From: Tubiluchus corallicola
Lineage: Eukaryota > Animalia > Priapulida
Assembly (NCBI GenBank): GCA_030141605.1
Contig: JAQGDQ010000362.1
Coordinates: 1-64,000, forward strand
Reading direction: 5' to 3'
DNA: 64,000 nucleotides
The notes under the pieces were generated by a model. That model saw nothing but the letters and a program-made list of their open reading frames with translations, was not told the DNA's origin and made no database searches. This document shows, piece by piece, positions 38,301 through 53,600 of the stretch. Each line of letters begins with the position of its first letter. Position 1 is the stretch's first letter. The position numbers were made by a program, and so were the translations under genes.

Positions 38301-40279
38301 AGAAACGTCAAGGTTGTGCATAGGTGTCACTCTGTTATTGATTGGGCTGGCTTCCCAGGTTTACCCAAAATGCCGTCTTAACACTTACCATTCGCGCATG
38401 CGTATCAATGTCTCGTGAGTCATGACAGATTGTTTTCTGACTAACTTTAAATCCGTGACCAGTGCATCAGAAGAATAAAAAAGTTTTCTTGGGTATATCC
38501 GGAATTAAGACTTGTATACCGTAGCTAAATATTATTATACAAAAATACAAAGCGGCTGTAGGTAATTCACCATAATTACAGTAGACCCCAGAATCAAAGC
38601 CGTAAAAATAACAAGCGAAACTGGGCCGCAGTAATACAAACGAAGACTTGCCTCCACTCTTTGTTAAAGTGTTTTAGCGACTTGAACAAGCCATTTCGGT
38701 TCAAATAAAAGCAAATACTGTATAATCAGCGGGCGAGGTTATTATCTCAATCAAAGTGATAACCCTTAGGACTTAATTATGTGAACTTATACTTCCACAT
38801 AGTTACGTGTCATTGTGTTAAATGGAATTGTCTCAGTTAAATTAATCAAAGCAACTATCATGAACTATGAGATATTATTGAACAATATGTTTATTGCTGA
38901 AGACATTTTAACAAACTAGAACTTATGTGCGAGAGAATCGCATCTGTAAATAATTAGGCACTTTTAATCAACAAACTATCGTCTGCCCACTGAGTTGTTA
39001 ATCTTTGAGCTCCACAAAACTGACGTGGTGCAAACCACCAGCAGCAGCAATATCAGTACTGTCACAACCAAGCTGTGTGTTTAAATGTTTAGTGACATTA
39101 ATTATAATGTTTTTACTACAGTAGCCCCTGATTGTCATTAAGTGGTCTAATGATGCTAATTAGAAGCCGCAGAACCAGTTTCATAAATGTCAAACAGTGC
39201 AATTGATTGTGCTATTCGTTCACGTAATCGTTATAGGAAGCTCCATTGTTGGACTTTTAGCTCGCCTTTAAATTTTTTGTGGGTCAGGTCATGACCACGT
39301 TTTTTGCCATAATAATAATAATAATGGCGCGGCGTGCTTTCAGTACTTTCGCAATAATAAACGCTATGTGCATTTTTTAAGAAAATATGCAATAATTTTA
39401 GTTATTGCATATGGTTATGAATCGCTTACATGCATCTAGGCTATTGAACCTCCAGGTCGTTTTATCCTCAAAGGCGCTTAAATCTCTGCGAAATGGCGTG
39501 CATATTTAAACCTTACAGCGAATGAAAGAAAGCTATTTAGTAGCAAACCAATTATTGCAAGCTTTTAAAACTAGGCACATAATAGCTCAAAATTCAAGTT
39601 CATTGTATGTAATGTATTTCTTCGCATTTCATAGGGAATAACGAAAAAAACTTGTGTTTAAATAAAAGATTTAGCAACAGCGTCTTGTTGGTTTCAGAAA
39701 AAAGCATTTTACTGGCAATCACCCTTTTTATGCAGTTTTGGTGAGACCTTGTATGGTCAGTGACCGATTCAATGTTACATGTTACATTATAGCCTCCCAA
39801 TGGGAGGCAAACTTATCAACATTACTTTGTTTTGCTGTACAAATCCGAGGTCAAATAGATGAATTACTGGTAAGACCCGAGCTCCCCTTTTTATTGATGT
39901 ACATCATTACGCTTATCGTAGCAAACGCAGTTTTCCGCAGAAATTGTGATGTGACAGATGCAAGATAAAATCAAGCTTTTCTTCTAAAATGAAACAAAAT
40001 TTGTTTTCTTTTGCAAGGAAAGAAAACATTAATCTTTTTTACCTTCCCACTGGTTTTCCACTTATTTTCTGGTCATGGGACAACTGGACAAACCGAAAAT
40101 ACAAGACCGACCTGTGCTTTCTACCAAGTTATTTGCATTCTCAGGAGGGAAGTGCGTTAATATGCATTCCAAGGCGCACGTATGCAGATAAGCCTGTAAT
40201 ATTGGTACACTTAAAAGTCGTCTCATTATGCTTAAGAGCTTTTGTATGGACATTCCTTGAGAAAAACTGGCACCCTACT

Positions 40280-40560
40280 TAGATGGTTGCGAGGAAAAGT
40301 TCAATTGAAATGACTGCTTGTAAAGCCCCTTTTGAATGTTGTGTGGACTTGAGTTCAGAGTTTTTTGAGAAATAAGTAGATCTATATTTGAGAGAACAGG
40401 CGTATGAAATGATAGTTGACGTGTTTTGAAGCCTAAGTATCTTGCTAAGGTGTCCTCCACCCTGATTTTAAGAAATAATTTGTGGAAATCCATGTTTACT
40501 GATAAAGTTAACAAGCAAAACGTCAATAATGCAAGGGAAGAAACTGTCACTGATAATACC
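40280..40560 (-). mobile_element. Possible Gypsy-like integrase (rve) relic
   Basis: Minus strand NFISKHGFPQIIS*NQG (cf. FI..HG.P..I.SDQG), then YLGFKTRQLSFHTP in a shifted frame. Confidence 0.35.
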
Positions 40561-42911
40561 ATATAGCCGTGATGCATCGACTGTTGGCACAACATAGACG
40601 AGTCTCTAGCCCTTAGTCAAATTTTTTGTTAGGCTTTTGTCACTTAATGCCCAGACGCATAGAAAATTGCTGGTTTGACTTTAGGATGAGATTGTCTTGG
40701 CAGCTAATACTAAGAGCAGCTTTGTGACAGCAAAATAGCCACCACTCTACTGGTTAGACTGATGGCTAGTGAGATGTCTTATGCTCACACAATGCAAAAA
40801 GCCACTCAAAATCTCCATCTAGCTAGCTGGTACTTAAAACTGACGTGGTATTATGTGCAAATCAGCTTAACTACGCGCTCTATTATTGTGCTGGAAAAAT
40901 TTGCTTAGCAAATCTAGGAAAATTGCTTCATCTTGAGAACGACTTAGTTAAGAAGTGCGTTTTAAACAACTTGAGCTCGGCAGCTAAGTAGACCTTCAGA
41001 AATGAAAAGCATGTTTTTATAGCTTAGAGTGGGCTCGTCTACTTCTGCCTAATTGCTTTTTCATCAATGCAATCATTTATCCATGAACTCCACACGTTTG
41101 TTTCTAATTTTCGGGTTGTTTGGATTTCACTGTTATACCGCCATGGACGCAGCAAAATTTAACAGAATCATAAGTTCATAAATAAAAGAAAAATGGAATA
41201 ACATAAAGATGAAGTAAATTAGATTTGTGTAAACGAACTAAGACAACTTAGATAGAATTTTGCAGAAAATTGTCTAAAGTGCGTCCGATATTATCATCGT
41301 CGCTATTTCATTCGTCATCTAGCGTCTTAGTTTCAAAGCAAATTAATGCAGTTGAGTAGATTTCAGGCCCACATGTTAATAAGATACTCCAGGCTATTTT
41401 ACTGGATATATTTTAATATTCATTTAATAAATGAAACGTAGTATATTTTATCAAACAAACTGGGTAAAACTATCAAATACCTTATCAAATTCATGAAAAT
41501 ATTTTTTTTTTGAAAACTGTTTTGCTTATGTGGCTGTTTACAATGTTCATGACATAACAGAATGTAATAAAGACTTGCATGACTTTTCTTTCTTGATACG
41601 AACTAACAAACGTTTTTGAAATCCAAATTTGGGTACATGCAGTTCATTGATTTCAGATTTGATTTCTGAAATTTGTGCTTTTTGCTTTTAATTAAGTAAA
41701 AAACAAACATTCCGATCCACGGTATAGTTGTTTACATGAAAAGGTATTAGTGCTCAAAAATAAAGTTATCTAAATTATTACGGTTTTGATTTTTTTGCTC
41801 CATGCAACCCGGCAAGCTTAGTTACAGCTCTATGACTCATAATTTGAGTTACATAGCTATATCGGATATGCTTGAAGTGCACTTTAACCGGCCCAGTTTT
41901 ATTGCCACGGTTATATATGCTAACATAATTACAACGATTACTAATACAACTTTATATGTGCATGAGTGGCTGAGTAAACACGTAGAATCATCTTAAACCA
42001 ATTTTCTCGAGTGTGTAATTCCATAACTCATGTCTCCTTGTGCAAAACAAACTCTTACTGGTCAATTATAAGCTAATTTGCAATTCTTTTACTAACACTT
42101 TTCTGTTACTCTGTTTTTTTTGCGTATAGCTTTTGTTGACCGCTGGTTTAGAAAGTGCTGGGCCGCCTTGGCAGGTATGCATAATATGGCAACTTGAAAA
42201 GGTATAAAGGCAAAATTAAGTTCTCATGTGCAAATGCCCTCAAGAATATGGCGAGGTGATTAAATAAACATTCACTTCTTAGTTAGGCTGCTCTTTTAAA
42301 GCACTTTAGAGCGAAATGGCTAAGCATGATTGATTTTTAAACTTTACGTGCGATTTCAAAGTTTTATTTTTTAAGGTAATTTTATTTAGTGGCGCGCTAT
42401 AACGATTGCTTGCCATATGCGGTGTAAATCGTATATCGAATTCGCATGCGAATATATGAATATATGAATATATTATAATTTGGCCGTTTAAGCGTAATAT
42501 CTATGTCACGTGTCACGTGACTAATTTGCACAAGAAAGCCGCATATTTGGGGTTGCATATCCATTACATTTTTTTGTGATAATACATGTTTTTTCCTGCC
42601 CATTACGTTTTCTGGTAATTTCAGCAAGCGCTCACGTAGGTCACCGTGGCGCACATTATACAAAACATGCCCAATATCGCGATTAGATATGTAAATTAAA
42701 TGCCTGAATAGATCACGCCTACCTAAGTTTCGTCGATTCCTTCTTTTTTGATATGTGTAATTTCAGCATAATTACATTGACACGTATATGTATAATTATG
42801 TGGCCACCGTTGCTTTTCTGTCCACAAGGATTTTCTTTTCCGCACCTGTTTCAGTATAAAATATTGATTTTCCAAAAAGTTACTCAGAATCCTGATCCTG
42901 TTCCTTCTGAT

Positions 42912-44972
42912 TAGGGTGCGTGAAAATAACTTTTTTTATCCGATCTTTTTACAACTATTCCAACTTTGGAGGTTTGATGAGATACTAGCATAGGTAAATT
43001 TTCAGCTAGATTAAGCTTTGGGAACACGTGTCTCCACTTATGTTACGATTTCGGAATTATGCTCATTTGTATAGAAATTTGACAAACTTTAAAAACTATT
43101 ACATCCACTCCACTGACCTTGCAATTTTCACCTGTAGTTTACAATGATTAACAGTTATCGCACATAGAACTGTGACAGTTTTGCGTGTTAGGAAGTTGTA
43201 TCTGCAAAATTTGAAAATGCATGTATTTTATCCATATATCGCCGTATATTAACTAATGCTTTTAAAATTACGCCTATATGAATTTTTCAAAAAGCTGTTA
43301 CATTGGAATGTAAGCCCCTATTTGTTCTAAAAAAAACAAGAACACTACCTTGAATTGTTTATTTGGCAATGTGATTTCTATATAATATCAGTTGAAAATA
43401 TTCGCACTGCTCAACAGCTATTTTCCTAGAAAAAATAATTTTAGAAACCATTTATTTTTACATTTTGTGAATCACGAACTCTAGAAAAGTTAGCAGCAAG
43501 CCATACGGCTATCCTTCTAACCTACCAGATAATCAGTATGCCAGCAGTTGGAAATGTTCTACGGCATTATCAATTCAAGACGGAGGCCTAGTCAGAGAAG
43601 AATCCTGTACCAGATAAAGTACCCGAAAATAGTAAAACAAAGCCTTCACGCACACAAAATTATGCTTAAGGTGGATGGTAAAATCAACTTGGATGAAACA
43701 ACTAACCAAACAAGTTACACTGGACTGGCCTGCTTATAGTAAACATATGTCGATTCTGTCTTTCTAGTGTTTCCATTAGTCCCATCACATCATACAACTT
43801 TGAGGTGGTGAAAGAAGATGCCTTTCTTTATCAAATAATCTCTCATCTTATCAAAAATATATACAGCGAATACAGATTGTGCTACAATCTCTTCTGCTAT
43901 GCGTTCTTGGATCTCTGACGTTTACTATAAGCAGGCCAGTCCAGTGGTCCGTTGTATGCTACACTTGAACAAGTTACTACTGAGACACCTTTAACCTTGT
44001 GTAATCTCTCACCTCATCAAAAACGGTTAAGAAGTCACATGAGTCAGGACTAGTGTTATTAATTTGAACACGAGAATCTGTTTCGATGAGTTTGTCTTGA
44101 CAGCATATGTTGGACCCCAGTGCAGGTCAGAAGACTCAGAACTTGCATGGTTTGAGTAACTTGTTTGGTCGGTTGTTTCATCTAAGTTGATTTTACCATC
44201 CACCTTAAGCATAACTTTGTGGGTGTGAAGGCTTTGTTTTACTATTTTCGGGCACTTTATCTGGTTCTGGATCCCTCTCTGACTAGGCCTCCATCTTGAA
44301 TTGATAATGCCGTAAAACATTTCCAACTGTTGGCATACTGATTATCTGGTAGGTTCGAAGGATAGCCGTATGGCTTGCTGCTAACGTTTGTAGAGTTCGT
44401 GATTCACAAAATGTAAAAATAAACGTGTTCTAAAATTATTTTTTCTAGAAAAAAATCGGTGTTGAGCAGTGTGAACATTTTCAACTGTTATTATAAAGAG
44501 AATCACAAAGCCAAATAAATAATGCAAGGTAGTGTTGTTGTTTTTTAGAACAAACAGGGGCTTACATTCCAATGTAACAGCTTTTTGAAAAATTCGTATA
44601 GGGGTAATTTTAAAAGCATTAGTTGACATATGGGGATATAAATGGATAAATTACAAACAGTTTTAAATTTTGCTGATACAACTTCCCAACATGCAAAACT
44701 GTCACAGTTCTATGTGCGATAACTATATATAATTGCAAACTACTGGTGAAAATTTCTAGGTCTAGGTCAGTGGAGTGGATATAATAGTTTTTAAAGTTTG
44801 TCAAATTACTACACAAATGAGCATAATTCCGAAATCTTAACATAAGTGGAGACACGTGTTCCCAAAGCTTAATCTAGCTGAAAATTTACCCATGTTAGTA
44901 TCTCATCAAACCTTCAAAGTAGGAAAAGTTGTAAAAAGATTGGATAAAAAAAGTTATTTTCGCCACACCCTA
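42912..44972. mobile_element. Non-autonomous hAT (hATm-like) foldback element with ~0.8 kb inverted arms
   Basis: Termini TAGGGTG...CACCCTA; 8-bp flanks CTTCTGAT (42904-42911) / CTCCTGAT (44973-44980); 42912-43718 is the reverse complement of ~44157-44972 at roughly 90% identity; inner arm 43719-43744 pairs with 43920-43945. Confidence 0.88.
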
Positions 44973-45540
44973 CTCCTGATGGCTCATAAGAGTAATACAA
45001 ATGATGTGTGTTGTCTAAACAGGGCTTTTGATTTTGATTAGTATACATGATCACTGTGATTTGTTTAAAAACAGGCATGAGCCTGTTTGCTATATTATTA
45101 TTGTTTACCAAATTTGCGCCGTTAAAAACTTATAGTATATCATAATGTTCCCTCATCTGCATGCTACTCTTCTGACATAACAAAATTTTACATGAAAAAG
45201 AATAATAATATACAATGTGTTTTTGTACACTGCGTTACAGCCAATTTTTAAAAAATGAATGTATTAGTTTAAATAGCAGTTGCCTTTCAAAGTGTATTCA
45301 TATTATCTAAATTAGCACTTAAGCAATCTCATAAAACAGCAAAACAACAACGCTAAAAATCATCTTAGCAAAAATTCATCTTATCAAAAATGAAGCCAGC
45401 AAATGCCACACATTTTGTAAAAGAGCATGACTTCTGTGTGAAAACCTAGGGGTTAATATACTAAAATAGTTATATATATTAGTTTAATATACTACGTATA
45501 GGCTTATTTAGTATAAGAACACTGATACATTTCTCTCTTT

Positions 45541-45664
<124 letters not shown>

Positions 45665-46689
45665 GATTTTGCCGCTGCTGTTTTGTCAGATGTTCTAAAT
45701 TTAGTGCAAAAATTTCTGACAACAGCTTCAGTGAGTTTTTAAAGGTATCATTTTTAAAAGTTGTCACTTTAAGCTGGAGGGATAAAATGAACCATAAATC
45801 AATTGTCGTCTCGCGTACGCTGTTAAAGTAAACTTTTATGTTACTTCTGGCAATCTTATAAAGTGCTTAGGCAGGCCAGTTTTATATGTTTTCTGAATCA
45901 CGTTGCTCAAAGGTCTGAACTCTCAATTAATACGTGGCAAATTGCTATATTAGCTTTATACACATGTGCTTTATATAATACCTACAATTTCAACATTAAA
46001 ATTACATAAGAAATTGTTTTGTTCCAGTTTTTCTTATTGGCATCGTTCATGTTTGACATAAACCATTTTCCGCGGCCAGAAACCTCCAAAACCAATTTTC
46101 TTTCCACCAATTTTAACGCCATTGTAGACGTTTCTCGAAAAAAATGTAACTTTATTATTGAAGAAGGCATTAACACGTATATATCATCCACCCAGCAGGG
46201 ACGCGTTACCTGATTTTAAGTGTCTACTTTAATGTGACTGGAATAACTTTTGATATACTACCTTCTCCCTAAAGCTAAAATGCTTACTCTTTCAGACATA
46301 CATAAACACTTAACTGTCATCTTGATTTACTCTGGTGTAATTCCAAATTTTCCACGCCAAGGAGACAGGTAGCTTTCAGTATAAGTGCTCTATTGATTTA
46401 TTATTATTGGATGATTGCGGTCTTAAGGCGCAAAAACCTGAGTTGTTGCTTTTTTACCTATTACGTATATAATTGCAACTGGATTATGGAAGACTTGACC
46501 AGATTTAATGTCTGAAAAGTGAAATTAAGTTGAAAGGCGGCGGGACATATCTACACTAAATACGAAACTGTAGTGCGGTAATAGTGGCTGGGGTAGCAAG
46601 GACAATAGATGTGAGCGCAACGAAAACAAGAAGGTGAGAACAAAAGAGTTAAAAGAAAAACAACGACAAAATAGTGGACGCATAGATAA

Positions 46690-47483
46690 TAATAGCAATG
46701 GCAAAACCAGTAGCAGCAGGATGCCGGTATCGAAGCAACTATAGCAGCAAAATGCCGGGAACAGAAGCACTAGCAATTACAAATGTGCAATGACTACTGC
46801 AACAACAAAAAATAAACTATCAAACTAAACTGGCAAAAAACTAAACTAACAACAACACTAAACTAACAAAAAATAGAATAATCAGAATCGTAATAACAGA
46901 ACAACAAGAATATTATGAAGTCATTGTTAAGGCAACAAGACAATGACCTCAAAATATGAAGGTACTGTAACAACAAACCATCGTCACCAATCCCCCACCA
47001 TTAAAACAACAGCAACATAATAGCAGTAGCAACACTAAACCCATCACCAACACCAGTATCAAACCAGGCTAATGACTATAATGGCATAGACGGCAGTGAT
47101 AACAGCAGCAAATGTAATAACGCCGTCAATGACAACAGCTTTAACCATTGGAGCAACAACAGCAACAGTGACAGCTACAGCACTGTCAACAGCGATAATG
47201 ACAGTAGCAACAACAGTAACAGAATGATCAACAGCGACAACTACAGCATCAGCAATGTAGGCAGCAGCAATAGCCGCAGCCTCTACAACAGTGACAGCAA
47301 CAACAGCAGTAACGTCAAAAACACCAGCAGCAATGAGGACGACAACGACGGCGGCGACGATAAAACAACAACGACGACCACCGCCGCCGCAGCCGCCGCC
47401 ACCACCATCACCACCACAACAACAACCACAACAACGACGACAACAACAACAACAGCAGCAAACACAATAACAACAACAACAGC

Positions 47484-47517
<34 letters not shown>

Positions 47518-47660
47518 TCAGCAGCAGCAGCAGCAGTCATAACAACAATAACATCAATAGTTGTTGCAGCAGCGGCAGTGTATAGCAACAGCAGTAAGAA
47601 TTAAGCTGTCACAGAGCTATCGCCAAAACAACCATCACCATCATATCTACTACCAGCATC
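46690..47660. repeat. Degenerate (CAA/CAG/AAC)n trinucleotide low-complexity region
   Basis: Direct reading; produces spurious Thr/Ala/Val-run ORFs. Confidence 0.9.
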
Positions 47661-50600
47661 ACAACTCTGGAATAGATGTTTTTCGCTCTGCTTATTGAAA
47701 GAAATATTAACCACGTTTAATGAATGAAGTTACCGGATAGCTATTACATGTTTTGTAACTTATTTCCCCAAAAAAGTCGCAAGTGGCCGTGATGTGCAAA
47801 ATTGTTAAAAATACATTTATGTTCGTTACTGCAGTTAACGACCGCGCGGATTGTAATTGAAAGTAACATTTCATTGAGAGAAGGATGTTAAAAGTGAGAG
47901 TTAGACCGCCATAACTATAACTGGTTTCTTTGGAGAGTAAAGAGGGGCAGATGGTTGCAGAGTCCAGCAATAATTAGTTTGTACGTTTCAAGCTCCCTAT
48001 GTGGGCTACCAAACTCAGCAATGTTTTATGGAGTAGCGGGGCAACAAGGACCAATGCGGGAAAACCTTTGGGAATAAATAACAATAATGGTAAAACCTAC
48101 ACGTTTCACCCATTTGCTTGTGGGCATGTCGCTAAAGAGATGCAAAACGAGCGCGCATTGAAAAACTGGGAATAAAAAACTCGTTTGTTCCTCAGTTGCA
48201 CTTTTTTGTATTTAACACCTCCATCACAGCGGCATTACTTTCGGTTTAACAACCCTACTGATGTATAGGGTCACTCTGACACATGTGAAGGCCGCATTTA
48301 AATTGGACTTGGCTATTTGTTAACAGGAAAAATAAGCAGTATCTCATCTTCTGCATGATTTAACACAGGTAGATCTTAGCAGATAACTACGCAAGTGATG
48401 CTATGTTGTGGGGCCAGTGTGCATTTACGTATGTAGGTAGGCCTTTGCATAACAATGACGTTCCTGGATACTTGGGTCAACCTTATAATTTAAACTGTCA
48501 GTCGTTTGACAAGTTCGAAGTTTCCCATGGAGTAGTTTGACTGTCCTATGTGTGTCCCCGGCAGACCGGCTGCAAAATGGTTTGAAACTTTGCACATATT
48601 TTTCATACATACACATGAAGTCATTATGATACTATATACGTAAATTCCTGCAGAATGACTAAAATAATGTGCACCATAATTTCAGTGACTAATATTACAG
48701 ATAACCAGGTTAGATTACACATCATAGCATAGTACTGATTGAGAAATGCATGTGAATATCTCATGTTCGCTATGCGGGTTTGCTTATCTATCAGACCCCG
48801 AGCAGTATTCTTTGGACATAGTAAATAAACACAGTTTGTTTATAATTTTGTAATTGAACATGAATTCATTTCAACTACAAAATTCGAAGATTTAAAAAAT
48901 GTTCAGGTTTAGCGGCAGTTGATCGTAGGTGTTCTGTTTACTAATTATCGAAGCAATCGATACAAAATGTAATCGAAATTTTTTATCGCTGTTTATTACA
49001 CTGCTGATAACTAGGAAAAACAAACTAGTAAACGCAGCGTTTTGTCAAGAAATAGTACTGTATTTTGCCATGATTAGGATGTATAGAAGAAATTTAAAAC
49101 ATTTAATTTGTTTTAAAACGCCTTAGAAAATAAAAACGTTTGAATATAAAACGCCTTTAGAAAATAATACTTTCCTTCACAACTGCAAGCGCCCATCACG
49201 TTAAGCTGTTGCGCAAGTGATTTAACAATTTCGAAAGAAAATAACTGATCCTGCAACGCCTAATCACAATGATTATAGGTACTATGTTCAATGAAGAAAC
49301 GATATTTTTAACTTTGCATGCATGATTTGAATACGTGCATATGAGAAAGTTTACAAAAACATTCAACTGCATGAAAACCTGCATCTACTGATTCCTTATG
49401 AGAGCTGGCCGCTGGGCAGTAACAAAGCATTCAAATTAACGACTCAGTAAGTTCAAGTGAGCCCCCTGCCAAGTTTCCCACCCATTTGCAGTGAACTATG
49501 CATAATTCTCGACCTATGCATATAATTTCGAACGTCTAATAAGCTTTATAGCTTATAAACCACCTTAATTATGCAAGTAAGAATAAATAAGCAGCATTTC
49601 AAATGTGTAGTTAAGAAAAATTCTGCTTTTTAGTTAATTAGGCCACTTATTGGCACACGTCCGCCTTTTACCTGTGAAGGAAATCATAGCGTGGATTGAC
49701 AGAATTCTGCGGTTCTAGTTAAAGGGCGTCGCTAAACCGATGAATTGCGAAAAACACAGGTCTTAGTACATACATATACATAACATGGCATATAACGAAG
49801 CTTTTGAAATTACAGGACATGCAGGCACAAATTAGTATGTTACATTTGTAACAGTTATAAACGATAAACGCTAAAGTTAAACGTAACTTTCAGCGCTTAG
49901 AGTTTTTTACATATGAGTAATTTGGGCATGTTGTAATTGCCGCTTTACACAGATTACATTCCAAAAAAACACAATTAGCTATCTTGACCCAAGGGTTGTA
50001 AAAACATACGCTTACATTTCCTATATAATTACTAAAGAAATTTCAAGGTTGCTGATTTTTTTCAAATCCCTCTCAGCACACACCTGTATTGGAGAGTGTT
50101 TAGTTAGTTAAAACATATGTAGTTGTTCAGTATGGTGTGTAAAACGAATGCAATGCAATTCTTTTCTAAGCACATGACGATAAGATAGCAGAGACAGTGT
50201 GAAAAGACAGAACTTTAAACACTTAGGTAATTTCAAATTTATCACAGCATTATTGGTAAACGGATTTTTTTATTCTTTGGCGAACAGGCCTATTACTATT
50301 CTTTATCTTTTTGCTTTATTGTCTTTTTCTTATCTTCGGGCAATTCTTCCTTTAAATAACTGGCTTTAATCGACATCATCGGCAAAACACATTTTCATAC
50401 TTTCTTTTTCAATTGCTAATTTAATAATGCTGCTTCTCTTTGGAGAAAAATAATGTGTCGAACATTTCGTTTATTTGTTTAACCAGTACTTAACAAAGTG
50501 CACCTCTGAATGTGATAGCAAATGACTGTTGTTTCAGAATCAACTGTGGTTCAATTTTATCAGCTTTATCTGTGACAGCTGTTATCGTTTTCACACGGAA

Positions 50601-53600
50601 CAGGTTGCTTCTTTGTTTCATAATATCTCTTTGTTCTCACCAACTTCATTTGATCGCGTGTTCAGCGTTTGTTCAGCATCCGCTTTTGTTTGTTTAACTA
50701 ACTATGCTCCAGTCTGTCAAGTTTCTACTCTTAATCCACCTTTCAAATTGTTTATTTTTAACCACCAACGTAGAAGTATTTGCATGAACTGCTTTCCTTG
50801 AAAGAGAATTATAAAATTTATCTAAGCGCATTGTATTTCGCACGTATCATGGATTAGTAGGCTTGTATCGAGCGTTGTATAGAATCAAATACCGAACGAA
50901 TGAACTAAATGGCAATTATTTTAGTAGCAACTAATAAAATTGCAGCAATGTTGTTAAAAGCTAAAAAAAACTTTAGATTGAAAACACGAAAATGCGAAAA
51001 TTACTGAAGTTGATTTTCACTAAAAGCTATGTAAGTGATATCCTACGATTTTAACATGCACTAGGCCTGACCAACGCACACATGGGCAAGTCAACTGTAA
51101 CAATTCTTTACATCTTACTTCCATTATAATAATTCCATGGTAAGCCGAATATGAGTATTCTAAAGGTTTTTTAATCCTGTAGTGGTCCGCTATGATGAAA
51201 ACTATGAGCTACATACTTTCAATTTGAAATTTGTTTACTAATTACCAGACTGTTTACTATTTACCATTATTTTGTCTCCAGAGGCAACTGTATTTATTAG
51301 TTTTGCACTTTTAAGTTAGGTTATATATAAGAAAAAAAACAGGGTACTTTTTTATGTAATCCGTTTATTTAATTTTTAGGCCTAAGCCGGTCTACACTTT
51401 CTAACAAATTTTTCCAACTTGTAGTCTTTTTATGCTATGTACAAGTTTCTTCACATTTTTCACGCAAATTTTTAACGCAACAGGGGCGTTTTTGATAGTG
51501 ATTTTTTTATCGCAACAAATCTGTCGCAGGCCCCAGGGGATCACGCCGTCTAATTTTATTTTTCAAGTTAAAGGTTAAAAACTTTATAATAACAATTAAA
51601 TAATGCCCGGCAAAGGCTGTTCACCACAGGTGCGCAATGGGACTGGTTTTTCACTTGTCGTTAAGTTTTAAGTTTTTATTATGATTATTGCGGTACATTT
51701 ACGAGGCAGTCATTATCTGACACCTGCGAGACGCAATAAATATGTCATGTATATGGATTACGCTGGTATAAGAAGATTTCTTACGCCGCATTTAACCTGC
51801 GTGATAACTTCGGAGAATGCACGTTTATTTGCACATACTTAAAATTCGGGATGCAAGTGAATGAATAATTTTATCACTGGAATTTTAGAAAAAACATGTA
51901 TTCATAACATAGTGTGAACTACAGTAATAACCCATGATTTTATTTACCTAGTTCATGCATGTTGCGATCGCATGGTTATGCAGTATACTTGCACAAAAAA
52001 GAGTATCTATTTATTTAATTCAACTCAATTCAATTCAAATTTTTGATTCGGGGCAATGTGTACATGAACTTTATTTATTAGATTTTCACAAATTGTGGCG
52101 TAAGCACAGGAGAAAGGCCAACTAAAAGGAAGAAAAAGAAAAAAACGAGAAAAAATAATAAAAAATGGTCAGCAAATTACTTTAGTAATGATACAGTGGT
52201 ATAATAATGGTTTATGATGATGAATGTACTCAGTAATATAGGTGCTTGTAATACTGATTGTGATGGAGCCACAATACATGGTAGCATTAGTACTGCTTTT
52301 GCTGTTGATATTGTTGCTGCGGCCGCTGCAGTTTTGCTTGGTTATGTGGTTGGATAGTACTGGTAGTGATGATGGTGGTGTTGGCAAAGTACTAATAATG
52401 GTGGCAATTCTGCTGCCTTATAGTAGTGTTAATTACACTGAAACATGTATTTGGGGGCGGTAATGAAAAAACAATGAACACGGTAACACGACGATTAAAT
52501 TAAATATACTAACAAATCTAATTTATCAGTTAATACATAGTGTCTGCAAACTAGTTGTTCAGGAAAGCTACATGTACTTAAAATACTTAATACAATTCTG
52601 AGATAATCTGGTGGGTATAATTAATAAAGTGGTAGGAAGCCAATAACAGAGTCATACAATTATTGCACCTTTTAGGTTTACATGTACACTTTTGAAAGAC
52701 CAAAGAACAAAACAGGCATTTCTAAGCTTATCAGTACGATCACTATAATCCGCTCTCAATATAATCATTGTCTAGCAAAATTTATGGATAAAAGTTCTAC
52801 ACCACTACTAGCCATCTGCCACCAAACTAAATGCTTATTTTCTACAAATTTGTTTACACGTATTGTAAAGTGGAACGGCAGCAGATAAAATTACAATAGC
52901 TGGTTGGACGTGTTTCAACGCAAATAACAAAGCCATAGCTTGTATTCGACTCTGAACATCTCTTTGTTCCCCAGATTCCTAATCCTAGAAATTCGAATAG
53001 TGGTAGATGTATTTCTTATCTTGATGATAGCTAGGACGCTGCGTGTGATAGAAAATAGCTCAATTTACCGTTATCTCTTCCAACAAAAACTTGAACCCTG
53101 ACAGCATGGCAATGTGGCGGCTCCAAGATAATCAGATAAATGAACAAAGAAGCCTAATATCACGACGAACATGGCGATGTCACTATTAGCTATAATCATT
53201 AATAAATTTATGGTTAATTTGTCTGCACGTGCTATATTTGGATCCAGGACGAAGTTCGGGTGTCTAAAGCTTGGTCATATTGTTATGACCATATTGGTCA
53301 TATTGTTACTGGTGTTATGTTACTGTTGTTGTTGTTGTTGTTGCTATCATAATCACAAAGCCAACACAGGTCACAGTTTTCATCATAGGAGATTGAAATT
53401 TTGGCAGAAACATACTACGAACATTGTGCAGACCGTAAACGAGCTCAATTTTTCACTTTCGCAATACAGCTCTCAAAATATAGCTGTTAAGTCGACCACT
53501 TATTATTCTAATACATGAATAGATTTGTCCCCAACAATGTATATTCTAAATTTGTACGCAAAAATGAATTCAATGACAACAGTAACAGCTTCCCATGGGA

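Noticed and set aside
43548-44326. Two paralogous short ORFs on opposite strands (MEMFYGIINSR...)
   Set aside because: Simply the two arms of the foldback element; non-ATG starts and no transposase motifs.
47224-47604. Mucin-like Thr/Ala-rich ORF
   Set aside because: Lies in a degenerate trinucleotide tract open on both strands; no splice context or signal peptide.
52960-53120. Possible RT N-terminal relic (RCISYL...QHG)
   Set aside because: Similarity too weak to support without a profile search.
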